This document shows positions 1 to 12,105 of a DNA stretch of 51,553 bases, piece by piece. A program made the position numbers and the translations under genes. The notes below the pieces were generated by a model. It worked only from the letters and a program-made list of their open reading frames with translations. It had not been told where the DNA came from and did not search any database. Source of the DNA: Chromera velia (Eukaryota); assembly GCA_018398765.1 (NCBI GenBank), contig JAHBMJ010000291.1, positions 1-51,553 on the forward strand, read 5' to 3'. Each line of letters opens with the position of its first letter. Position 1 is the first letter of the stretch.

Positions 1-67
1 CCCCCCCCCCCCCCCCCCCCACACACACACAAACACACAGAGAGAGACAGAGAGAGAAGGAAAGAAC

Positions 68-113
<46 letters not shown>

Positions 114-321
114 CCATTCATTTACGAATTAGCTGCTTCTGTCCTTCTCTCCCGTCTTCTTTCTTTCGTTCCTTCCTTTCTCCCTCGCCTTTTCCCCCTC
201 CAGCCTGCCTGCCTGCATGCCTGAACTCCTCTTAAGTTGTACCATAGCACTCACAGATGAACAGACGGAAGAGGCGCACTCACAGAGAGCATGCACGCTT
301 CGTTGCACATACACACACCCG

Positions 322-1386
322 CACAGGTTGAGGGTAAGGAGAGTCGACGTTCGAAGTGCGGTCCCGTCTGAGTGAAAAGAGAGCAAGTTCTGCAGTCAAG
401 AAATCTAGAACGTCTTTTCTCTAACCAGAAAAGCCATCCAACCCCGCCTCTCTCTTCCCCCCTCCCCTCTCTCTCTGAATTCGGACCTGAAACGGAGGTC
501 TCAGATTTCGAGCGATGATGAAGAGGAAGAGGTCGAGGAAGATGACAATCGAGTGGACTAAGTACTGGATGTTCACGCACGTCGTCAGAAGCCGTGCGAT
601 CAACAGGACCACATTGAAGAACATCAACACCGCAATCAGCCAAGGCCGTCTCTTTGCCTCTTTGAATTCAAACCTCTCCATAATTCTTTTTACCGCAAAA
701 TAATGGGCAGCAAAATGACTCATACCGGACCCGAATCTCCTCAGTTGGGAGCTCAGGCGACTGATGCCCGAATCCAGCCGTCCAATCTCAGGCGACTGCG
801 ATCTCTTCACACCCCCACCGCCCCCCTCCGCCACGCTCGTAGTGGAAGATCTCTGCTCCCCCGGGTCAAAGGGAGGCAGACCGTCCAGAGGGGCCACACG
901 ACGAGGCAGCACGGCATCCATCTCCACTGCGGCTACAGGTCTGTGGGCAAGGAATGCAGCTGCTATCGTCAAACCCTCTCCCGGTACTTCTGGCAGGATC
1001 TCCCTTCCTAATTGATCCGCCTCTGACTCTGCACGCATAAATCCATCCGAGGGTGCCGGTTCCTGATTGGTCTCTCGGTCCCTCGAGCTGGAGGCCGGCA
1101 CATCCTCAGGGGCAGTAACAGCAAATACCCCCCCACACTCCAGGTCCTCCGGGGGTTCTCTTCCATCTACGTTGGGGGGTAGAGCATCTCTTTCTCTCGT
1201 GTCGGGTATGTGTCCAACCTGTGGCTCCACTGGAACATGATCGTCTCCTGATACTGCCTGTGGCGGCGGGACTGCTTCTGAGGGCTCCCCAGATGATTGG
1301 GACACTTCCGGCTTAGGACTCTGGTCACTGGAAAGAGCTCCGTCAGTTTCGAAAGCCCTCTCTGAGCGTGACCCGTCTCTTTCCAT
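322..1386 (-). CDS. 5' part of a spliced gene for a hypothetical membrane protein (acidic disordered N-terminus, then hydrophobic helices); probably continues toward or past the window start
   Basis: ATG at 1386 (MERDGSRS...), ORF to ...LRPPFQ|gt at ~487, then a phase-0 exon NLLSFHSDGTALRTSTLLTLNLC at ~389-322. Hydrophobic segments WLIAVLMFFNVVLLIARLL and YLVHSIVIFLDLFLFII. Confidence 0.6.
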
Positions 1387-2120
1387 CCGTATGCAACACA
1401 AATCGGAGACTGGTCGCAACAAAACAAATGTCAATGAAACACCGTGACTCAGTTTGTCAGAGACTTCTAGGGTCCATGTGAGGCTGCTTTGTTCTATGGC
1501 TCTGTATGATTCACTATGATTTCGTCACTGTATGAAGCTGCCGGGCAAAGTTTGAGGTTTGTATAGTTTGTGACGGCGGTATGACCGCGGTAGTGACGTT
1601 GCATGCACTCACTCAGAGATTGTTCGGCCGCGCAGACTATATGACGGCATGGACCATGCATGCATGTCAAAGATGCCTGCGCAAATTTGGAGGAGATATG
1701 CATAGAGGAGATGCATATAGTCTCGGCAAGGTTTGCTCTTCCAGCAAGACGAGTCTTCTCTTAATCAATGCTCGTGTTTGATACATTTGGGTGCTAAAAT
1801 CTTGCGAACCCAGTGAGTCAGTGATTGTTACGCGAATTGAGCAGCATTCTTGAGTCTGACGACAGTTCAATGAGCCTCACACACCGCCTTCGTAAGAGCG
1901 CCGTCTCTCTCGAGACCCTCGCCGGTGCGCTGCACAAGGTTCGCCAAAGAAGGTCCCATCTTGAATAGTTCTATCAGATCTCTACAATTCTGTGTCGATG
2001 CGTGCTTCCCTTTGCTGTATCGAAGTGCTCAAGGGCGGTTTGACCTCGTGAGAATTTGTGAGCTTGTGATTCGGAACATTGACGAACCTGTTTCTGTCTC
2101 TGTCTTTCCCCTCCCTGCAG

Positions 2121-3262
2121 AAAATTGACATCCTTGAAAAGGTGTGGACTGCGGAACCAGATGACTCAGACAAAGCCGATGGCCCCGCTGCCACCAGCTC
2201 GGATGCTGCTGGCCCTCGTGCAGCCGCCTCTGCTGCTGCTGCTGTCGCTGCCTCTGGTCCAGGACCTTCCGCTCCCTCTCGAGATGTGCGAGCGAAACAG
2301 GTTCGTCTTCCTTTTTTCTTCTTCACGCTTTCTTTTTTCTCTTACAATTTCTCTTCTCCCTTTACCTAGTCAACTATGCTCGATTCTGCTCTCTGTCCCC
2401 GTTCCGTATCAATGAATGGTATCCTGGCGGGCCTCTTTCCCCTCCCCTCTCTCTCTGTCACGGCACGAGATAGTTCGCCTTCACTCTCTGCCTCGAACGA
2501 AGCTCCTGAATCATTCTGCCTTCAAGATCTCTCCTCCGCGCCTGCTCCCCGTACCTTCGCAGAGTTCCCAGAAACTGGAGCTCATGAGAAGGGAAAGAGA
2601 TTCCGCGGCGCTCAACGATTTGGAGAACCTTGTTGGAGAGACCAGAGAGAAAGCACAGAAGGTGGGTCGCTCAGTCTGTAGAGGCAAAAAGGTGCATCAT
2701 GCACACACCCCATTCGACAGACGCAAAGACACAGACATCTGCACATAGACAAAACACAAAAGACATATGAAACACAGTGCCTCAATTTGAGTGCAATCGC
2801 TGAAAGAAGTGCTGCTGGGGCCACCACACCTTGATTGCATGACTGCTAGTTCAGAAGAATCAAACCCAGCGAACAGGAATTACCTCCAATGATTGTTTCT
2901 GTACGCCTCCTGCCTGCCTGCGTTCAGATCCTGGATCAACTTTTGAGTCGTCACTTCAAGATGGATCTCTCAAGGGTGGGTCCCGCTGTACGCGTCCTCT
3001 AGCTTTTTTTTTCGTGCCTCTTCTTTCGTTTCGGCTCGGCATTTCTCAAATTTCCCCTCCCTTTCTTTTCTCCAGCTTGTCTTCCTCTCTGCTTTTCTAC
3101 GAATGTCAGCGAGGAGAGAGAGAAGAGAGAGAGAGAGTGTGTTTTTGTGTATATGAGGGCGCGTGCATGCATTGTGTGTGGATGAATGTATCAAATTGTC
3201 GCAGCTTTTCTGTATCGACGTCAGCAACACGCTCCGGTCCTTTCGATCGGTAAGTCGGTTGG

Positions 3263-3341
<79 letters not shown>

Positions 3342-6300
3342 TGTGTTGACAGCTGGTAATTCGCTGTAGCCTTACCGAGGCCTTTTTACCTTTTTTTTCC
3401 TTTCTGTCGATCTGCATTTTTTTTTTTAGGGGCACTGATTGGCCTTCGCCGCTTCATTTTCGAGGGAAACTGGCAGCCGCAGCTCGATGAGACGTTCGTT
3501 CTGTATCATGTGTTGTCTTTGAAGTCTTGATTTGGAAAGAAGCCGAAGGAGGCGAAAGACGATCAGGCAATGGATGCGTCTATCGGTGCTCGTATCCTTG
3601 AAACCAGAAAGTGCGGTGCAAAAGAAATGTCGCTCTCCACCTCTCCTCTCTCTTTGTCTCCCTCTCTCTGTGCCTGTCTTTTGCCCCTTTCTCTCTGTCT
3701 CTGCCTCTTTCTCTCTGTCACTCTGTTTGTCTCTCTCTGTCTCTGCCTCTTTCTGTCTCCGTACCTCTGTCGCTGGCTCTCAGGTAAGCGCAGCTGCCCT
3801 CGTTCTGGCTCTTCGAAATGTGTCCCCAGAAGACTTTGGGACCCTGATGAAAGTGGGGGCAGACCTAGAGGAGAAGGTGGTCAGTCAGTGAATCAGCTGT
3901 TCGCCCAGTTGTTGTCTCTTTTTCTTTTTTCTTTTTCCCTCACAGACAAAAAGGTGCATGCATCCATTAGACACAAAAAAACTAAGGAAAGGCCTTACTG
4001 GAGAATCGTACTGTGAAGTGAATGGAGAATGGAGAGAGAAGTCGAAACGCTGGGGAAAGGGAAACCAGAAGTGCGTGGGTTTTAGACTAGACGCCTTCAT
4101 TCATTAGCTCTATCGTTTTCATCTCTCTCTTTTGACTTCTTTCAACACTCCATCGCTACATTTAGCTCATGAATCAAGGCCACTCACTGAATGGATTGGT
4201 CCTGATGGCAGCACGGGAAGACGGTGTTGATGCACGGGTGCGAGATTGGGCGTTTGGAGAGGGTCGAAGCCATAGTCGACGATGGAGCCGACGTGAATGC
4301 ACAAATTGAGGTGCGTGGATGGGGGGCAAGCAGGGGACTAGGGAAGAAAACGGAGCAACTCTCTGTTCTGCTTTTCCTTCGTTCTGCTTGCATGCTTCTT
4401 TTTCTCTCAGTTTTTGCCGACAGGATGGCTTCTCTCCCGCTTGTGTGTCTTGTATGGTTTGTGACTCTCTTTCTCTGTCTGTCTGTGTGTGTGTGTATGT
4501 ATGTCTTTCTCCGCCCGTCAGCTTAATTGCCTATTTTCTCACCCACCTGCAGGCATCCGGAGATACCCCCTCTTGATTGCATGCTCAAAGAAGAGGTGGA
4601 ATACGGCGACTTATCTTGTCACACAGGGGGCAAACGTGGAGGCCATGCACAACGTGGGTCTGCACGGGGAGGGAAGAGCTAGAGAAGGCTGTCTGTCCTG
4701 ATTCGGTCTTCTGTCATTTCGTCTGTCTGTCCCCCCGCCCTTGTGTGTGTGTGTGTGTGCGCGCGCGCGAAATCATTGAGTGCGCAAGTCAGAAGCGGTG
4801 CCCTAGATTGTTTTGCGCTCGAAGCCACTGACAGAACTCCAAATATTGACTTGCATTCGTTTATTTTTCGGTAATCCCGTTCTTTCTTCTTCTTGCGTGA
4901 TGGCATGCAGGTGAGGAAAGAGACCCCTCTCTTCCTTGTTTGCAAGTGGGCTGGAGAACTCGATGAGAAAGAGCGAGAGAAAACCGAGGGAGGAACCGCA
5001 GAAGAGTCCACAGAACGAAGGGGGTCCCGAGACCGGCAGCTGCAGCACAACGGTGGGGGGGCCGGGGGTCAAGTGGAAATGATCGGCGGCGCCGACAATG
5101 CACTCGACCGGCACTTGGATGAGCTTAGTGCGAGACTTCTGGCCGAAGCCGTGCCGTCTCTTTTCAGTTTCCCTGTGATTCCTCGTGACCCACCGAGACC
5201 GAATCCTGACGCGGAAGAATTGATTTCTTACTATTCCGATATCGATGCCTGTTCTGACTCCGACAGGGAAATTCAATACGAGAGAGACGCAGACGGGGAC
5301 CCGGTAGTACCTGTGTACAATGTCAAGGTAGACAACGGAGACGGAGGGGAGGAGGCACTGCGGCTGGTCGAGGCACTGATCGATGGGGGTGCAGAACTTC
5401 ATTATTACACGGTGGGTCCATAGGTGTGGTCGTTTCACTGTACATCCTCATGAGTCAGTGAGGCGGTAATTAAAAAAAAGACAAGAAAATGCAGTCGCGG
5501 GTATGTATTTGATTCCGTCGCCGCGCATGAAAAAACAAAAAATCTCTTCTGATTCCACAAGTTTTCCTGCCAATGCGTTCACTCGCTCCCTGGCTTAAGT
5601 ATTGATCCTGTCCGATACTTTGCTTCTTTTTTTTCTTGCGTGATTGCAAATGTGCATCGGAAGAGAGGCAGAGAGGCGCATCATGCACGACAAAAGAGAA
5701 TGAAATGAAAAGAGAGACTGAAGGCTGGGTATAGAGACACAGACAGTTCATCTCAAAGGAAAGAAACACCCCTAAAGGAAGAGTCGCTTCTGATGATCTC
5801 ACTCCATGTTTGTTTGCGGTCCATCTGAGAGCGTCCCATTGAGCGGACTGACTGTAAACCCTGTATAGATACAACTCCTGTCTCTGTCCAAAATTGAAAC
5901 CACTTTTCGTCCCTCTTCCTTCCGTTGTTCTCTCCTCGCTGGGCTGCAGCTGGCCATTGCCTGTGAAGAGCAGAACTGGAAGATTGCGAAGATTCTTTTG
6001 CGAAAGGGAGTGCCTGTGAATAAGCCCGAAGAGCACAGTGAAGTCGGTCGAAGATGTCATTGCCTCTCTCTCTTGTAACTTGCTTTTCTGGACTGGGTGT
6101 CCTTCTCTCTCTGTCTCTCTCTGTTTCTGTCTGTCTGTCTCTTTCTCTCTCTGTTCCCCCCTTCCTCACTCCCTCCTTCCTGTGAGTGTGTGCGTGTGTG
6201 GGAGAGCGGGCGCGAGCGTGCGTAAATTCAGTAGATGAAAACAAAAACGGGTCTCTAAGTGCTTGTGTTGAAATTGAAGCAACATTTCTCTTCAACGCGC

Positions 6301-6810
6301 ACTTTCTCTTCATCGGGTTTCCTTGCGTCTGCAGTATTTCTCGTCTACTGTTCCTCCATGGCTCCGCTCTCTTTTGCCTCTCTGCCGGGCGTTGATGGAC
6401 TGATTGATTCGTTGATGGACTGATTGATTCATTGATTGATTGATCAGCACTCCTTTTCCTTTCCCGCCTCTCTGTCTGCCTTTGTTGCACTCACTCCTCC
6501 ATGCGCAGAATCATCCGTTGGGGTGGGAGGGCACGGTACCGTTGGCGAGCGCCTTCCGAGCACGGGAGTGGGATGTGGCACGTGATCTTCTCGAGAAAGG
6601 GGCAGACGTGAACGCTTTGGAGGTGAGTGGGTGGGTCAGTGGGTAGAGTTGCTCGTTTCCTTCCTCCTCTTCAATGTCGTTCCTCGTTGTCTCACTCATT
6701 CATTTTTCAATTTACCTTTTTTTGCTGCTCTCTTTTTTCTTTTCCTCTCTCGCTTTCTTTGAAATTCTCATTTAATTTACAGACACACACACGCACACGC
6801 ACGCACACAT

Positions 6811-6846
<36 letters not shown>

Positions 6847-7279
6847 ACGCACACATGCACACACACACATATATATACACACACGCACGCACACAAACAT
6901 ACGCATCGTCTTCTTCAAAAGGAAAGTTCGGGGACCCTTTTTTCAGTTCTGTTTGTGATCATCCTCTCCTCTGTGCGATTGATTGCAGGGTGGAGGCATA
7001 AGCCCTCTTTTGTCGCTCTTCGTGAGGCGCCACGGAGGCAAAGAAGACGATGATGCCGAAGAAGAGGAAAGAGTCGTGACTTTCATCGAGACGCTTGTGG
7101 AGAAGGGGGCAGATGTTGACGCACAATCAGTCAGTCTCCAAATCCTTTTGTTCTCTTGCTGTCACTGTCTGTCAGTATGTAGATCGGTCTGTCATTCTGC
7201 CAACGACAGAGAGGCCGACAGTCGGATCTCTGAGAAAATGTTTGCTGTCGCCTCCCGTTTTCGCCTGGGTTCGGGCGAT

Positions 7280-7319
<40 letters not shown>

Positions 7320-7693
7320 CGTGTCTGTGGAGTTTCATCACCTCACCTTCCTTGTTTGTGAGTATCTCTCGAACTTTTGGAATCTTGTCCCTCTCAGAGT
7401 GAGCGGGCTGTGAGCCATTTAGTGTTGCTCATGTCTTTGCCTATCTCCATTTTCTCTTTTTGACTTCGGGTCCGCTTCCCTGTTGTGCACATGCAGGCTC
7501 TGGGTGAGAGCGCGCTTCACACTGTCTGCTCCCGAGGCTACGCAAGAGCTTTGAAGGTCCTGCTTGAAAAGGGAGCAAATGTGCACCTGAAGGGCCCAAG
7601 CACCCTGGATCATTTGAACTTCAAAAATGTCAGGCCATCACTCAGTCAGCCAGGGGATGTTCTTTCTGCATGCGCGTCTGAATGGACCCCGAG

Positions 7694-7730
<37 letters not shown>

Positions 7731-10700
7731 CCCGCGCCCGCCCATTTGTGTGCTCGAATGTGTGTTTCTTTCTGCGCGTGTTTGCGTGGTTTTGTGCGTG
7801 TTTTTGTGCGTGTGTAAGACGTCGCCCACTTCTTGTTTCGTGTTTCCGAACGAAATTAATTCAAGTCTCTTTGTTTCGTCCAACTGTCGACATATGCAAG
7901 TCATCCCTTCATCAATTGTTCGATCGAGACGTCCGATCCTGTTTTCTCCCGCAATCTGATGAAGTGAAAACTTCCAGTCAACGACCAAACTCGATAAATG
8001 AGGAATGGGTGCAATGCAATACAAGAACCAACAATAGCCCAGTAGGTTCGTTCAACCGGACCCCTCTTGAGAGACTAGGGAAGCGTCCTTGCGTCAGTGT
8101 TTGGATTGTGGCTGTGATTCTGTCTTCCTTTGTCCCTCATAATATGTGCGAAGGATTGGTTCTCCTGACTTGTGTGCAGAGTGGCACTGCACTCCATTCG
8201 GCTGTGAAGAGCGGAAAGGCGAATGTGAGAGAGATGGTGCAGATCTTGATCGACCACAAAGCGAATGTCAACACGATAGACTCGGTCTGTGAGTGAGTGA
8301 GTGTGTGTGTGATCTTGTCAGGGAGTGACTGAGCGCACGGTCGGCTTCCGTAATTGTTCTGTTCACCATTTTGCTCTTCTCTGGTGAGTTGTGCTCTTTT
8401 CTGGTACGGTTTCATTTTTTCTCCTCTTTCTTGACCTCATCTTCCCCCCCCCCCCNCCCTCTCTCTCTCTGTCTGTCTGAATTGAATGAATGAATGAATG
8501 AATGAATGAGTCGATGCAGCCTCTGACGGCCGTTCCTGTTCTCCTGAGTGCTCTGTACGAACGTGAGATGGAGACGGTGGAACTTCTTTTGGCAAACGGA
8601 GCGAGAGTCAATGAGATCGTGGACGATGTCAGTCTGTCTGTCAATAGGTGTGAGAGTGAGACTGTGAGTAAGAAAAAAGAAAGAGGATTCTAAGACACGA
8701 TCTCGGTGGAATGAGGGACAGGGAAGAGGGAAGAAAAAGAGGGAGAAGAAAACAAAGAAGGAATTGAACGTTGACGGGAAAAATTAGACTGCATGAGAGA
8801 GGGAGAAGAGAGTGAGACTCCTCATTAGCTCTGCCACTTTCACCGACCCATCGTGCTTTTTTTTCGACCTTGTTTTTGTTTTTCTTTGTTTTCAAATGGA
8901 AGCTTCATTCTTTCGCTCTCTGGAGATCTTCTCTGAAGTTGAAAGAATCATTGGAATTGTGCTGCCGTCCGGCCGTCTTTCGGTCCGAGCTTCGATGAGA
9001 CTTGCATTCGCTCTCTCCGGGGCCTGGTTCCATTGCCCTGCTTGAACAAAGTTCTAATGAATTGACCGGAATGCAATTGAGAGACGACAGTCGGGTTGAA
9101 GTGGAGATATCAGAGCAGAGTCCCATTTGATGAATGTAAGTGTGAATGAATGCTGCAGAATGGTGCGACTGTTGTCCATAAGGCTTGCACAGCAGGTCGA
9201 AGGGACGCCATAGAATTTCTCGTGCAGAAGGGAGCAAGCCTTTCTTGGTGCGACAAGGTCAGGGCAGGCTTTGGAAGAGATGGAGAGTCGGTCATGGGTG
9301 CAGGTTTTGCTCTGTCGGTGTCCCCCTGGCTCGTCTGTGTTGACGATCGCGCGGAGAAGAAGTGAGAAATTAAAGTTTCAAAAGAGAAAGAGACGGGTCA
9401 ATATGAGTCGATGGCAAATCCAACTTTCCCACTGTCCCCTTCCTCCCTCTGTGTGCGTGTGTGTATGTGAGAGAGAGAGGGAGTCCCAGTCTTAAAAGGG
9501 TAGACATCCAATAGCCCTCTCTCATTTTTGAGAGACTCTCTGTCAATTGCAGAAAGGGAATTGTTGCCTTCACCTGGCGGTTTCGTCTGAGGAATTTGAA
9601 GTTGTCAAGTATCTTCTCTCCCTCATCGCTTCCGGCCAGAAGAGCGGTGCTGCGGTCGGGCTCAATAGAAAGAATGAGGTGAGTCTGCGTGCATGCCAGT
9701 TGTGCGTCGGTCCGTCCATCTGCAGAAACGGGATGGCGATCGTCAATTTCTTCTCTCTCATGTGTACTCGATCGATCCTTCCTTTCATATGATTGATTAT
9801 CTCTCCTGGCTTTGCACCCTTTGCTGCACCACTTCTTGTGGATGCATGCCCTCCTTTTGATGCTATATTTTCTTCCGCAATTGAATAAGCATTGATCTGA
9901 TGGATTTTTTTTCGACAACAGAAATTTTCAGTTAACATTGCACCCCAAATCCCCATAAGAACGCAGTCGTCAGCGAAGAGCCCTCTCAAGCAGCTGTATT
10001 TCTGTTGTCCACCAATTCTGCTGAATTTTTTCCTGTCCTCCCTTCCCTTCCTCCCCTCCCTGTGGTGGACTTGAATGCATCAATGAATGAATGAATGAAT
10101 GAATGAATCAATCAATCAATCGATAAATTAATGCATGAATGGATGAATGAAGGCTGAGGACACGGCCCTCCATGAGGCTGTGAGGACGAAGAATCTTCAG
10201 ATCACACGGACTCTCTTGGAGGCGGGAGCAGATCCCAACTCTCTTAGGCAGGCAGGCGCCTACTCATTCGTTTAGAATATGCAGATTGGGAAAATGGTTG
10301 TGGGTCTCTTTCGCACACTCTCTCTCGCCCTTCTGTGGAGTGGAGCGGGTGCCCTGTTTCGGTACACGAATCTTTCTCGTGTCCTTTTTAAGTTCGTATC
10401 GCGAAAGCTGACCCACACCTGTCCGTAACTCTGTAATCTCGCTTTCTCCGCCGCATTCAAATGCGTGAATGAGTGAGTGTAATGAATGGCTTGTTCTCCC
10501 TGCTTCTTACACATTCTCACCCTTTCCTCTTCTTCTCCCTCTTTCTCTCTCTGCTTGCATTCATACTCTTGCTTCCTTGCAGGCACTGAAATTTACCCCT
10601 CTCCACATTGCAATCCGCATGGATGACTCTGGCCTGATCGCCTCCCTCCTCTCGCATGGGGCTGACATCAGGATGCGAACAAAAGTCCGTTCCTCTGCCT

Positions 10701-11055
10701 CTTCGCGATGTGTGACGTCTATCCACGTTCATTCAAATGTCTCCATCCTTTTTTGACTTCCTCCCTTGTTGCTTCGTGCGTTGGTTTGTTGGTGAATTGG
10801 TGTCCAGTTGAATCTCGACGTCCGTTGTTCTTTGCCTCCTCCTCCTCCTCTACCCGAAAGTCTTTCTTCTTAAGTGGATTTGAGGCAAGACTTACTTGCG
10901 AAGGAAGGAAGAATATCTCGATGCATTATTGTGAGTTTTTGTCTGAAGAGTTCGGGACACCTTGATTCTCTCTTTTTTGTCTTTCTCTCTTTTATCTCTG
11001 GATTCATCGACCTTCCATCGACAGTAGAGGGTGGGGGGGGAGTGAGTCAACGCTT

Positions 11056-11099
<44 letters not shown>

Positions 11100-11298
11100 T
11101 GTGTGTGTGTGTGTGAGTGTGTGTGTGTGAGTGTGTGTGTGTGTGTGAGTGTGAGTGTGTGTGTGTGTGTGAGTGTGTGTGTGAGTGTGAGTGTGTGTGT
11201 GCGTTTATGTGTGTGTGTGCGTTTATGTGTGTGTGTGAGTGTGTGCGTTTATGTGTGTGTGTGAGTGTGTGTGTGTGAGTGTGTGTGAGTGTGTGTGT

Positions 11299-11346
<48 letters not shown>

Positions 11347-11526
11347 CGAGTGAGAGCCGGTTGACTTCAGCAATCCAAAGACACGCACGAATTCATGCAT
11401 TCATGGAACAAAATAGCCGATGATGACCATCATACATGTATGCAGGCAAACCAGACCGCCATTGACCTAGCGCGTTCACCCGAGGTGAAACTTCTTCTGG
11501 AAGAAAGAGAGCAGAGTCTAGATTAA
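2121..11526 (+). CDS. Multi-exon ankyrin-repeat protein with an N-terminal low-complexity/coiled-coil region; start codon not located
   Basis: Approximate ag/gt-bounded exons: 2121-2300, ~2560-2661, 3784-3876, 4212-4310 ([16 protein letters not shown]), 4553-4653, 4911-5411, 5950-6042, 6509-6622, ~6989-7127, ~7497-7628 ([14 protein letters not shown]), ~8180-8284 ([13 protein letters not shown]), ~8520-8627, ~9159-9257, ~9552-9678 (GNCCLHLAV), ~10153-10251 ([13 protein letters not shown]), ~10583-10684 ([12 protein letters not shown]), 11446-11526 ([18 protein letters not shown]..stop). Confidence 0.88.
11053..11345. repeat. Compound (CT)n/(GT)n/(GAGTGT)n intronic microsatellite, representative of many (e.g. 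20680-20950, 34820-35270, 37500-37760, 42035-42280, 42760-43080)
   Basis: Seen directly; these arrays generate most of the THTH/ERER/CVCV ORFs in the track. Confidence 0.95.
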
Positions 11527-12040
11527 GAAAGCGCTTGTCTCGAAATTGGATTCCTCAGCAGCCAATCAAACCAGAAATTGAGATTATTGCTGGGACTATT
11601 GAGTGGCAGGTGCATCGCCAGCATATTTTTAATACATAGCTCGGTTACCCATATGTTTCAGAGGCACCTTGATAGTCTGAATTCCTAGCAGCGTTGCCCT
11701 AAATCAATTCTGCCAGTGGCGCATACCTCTGATGTGATGCATCATATAAGTAAGCACTGCTCTAGGCCTAGCTCCTAGCCTAGCTCTAGGCACGGCGCCT
11801 GGGGTGATAACTTTTGAAGGCACTGCTAGTCTGAACTAGAGTTTAAGTTTTTAACCAAACTTTTCCGGAAACTTTTATTCTTTTAAACCGACAACTTTGA
11901 AGAAGCACATCATATATGTTCCAAAAATTGTTAAATTAAAAAATTATTTAATGACATTTATACAGATAAGTGATAAGTGATTTAGTAGTGCATACCGTAA
12001 AGTACTGTAGAGCACTGTCGCCGTTTTGTCTTTTATTTAT

Positions 12041-12079
<39 letters not shown>

Positions 12080-12105
12080 TATTCTATCTTCTAGTAGTGA
12101 GTTCT

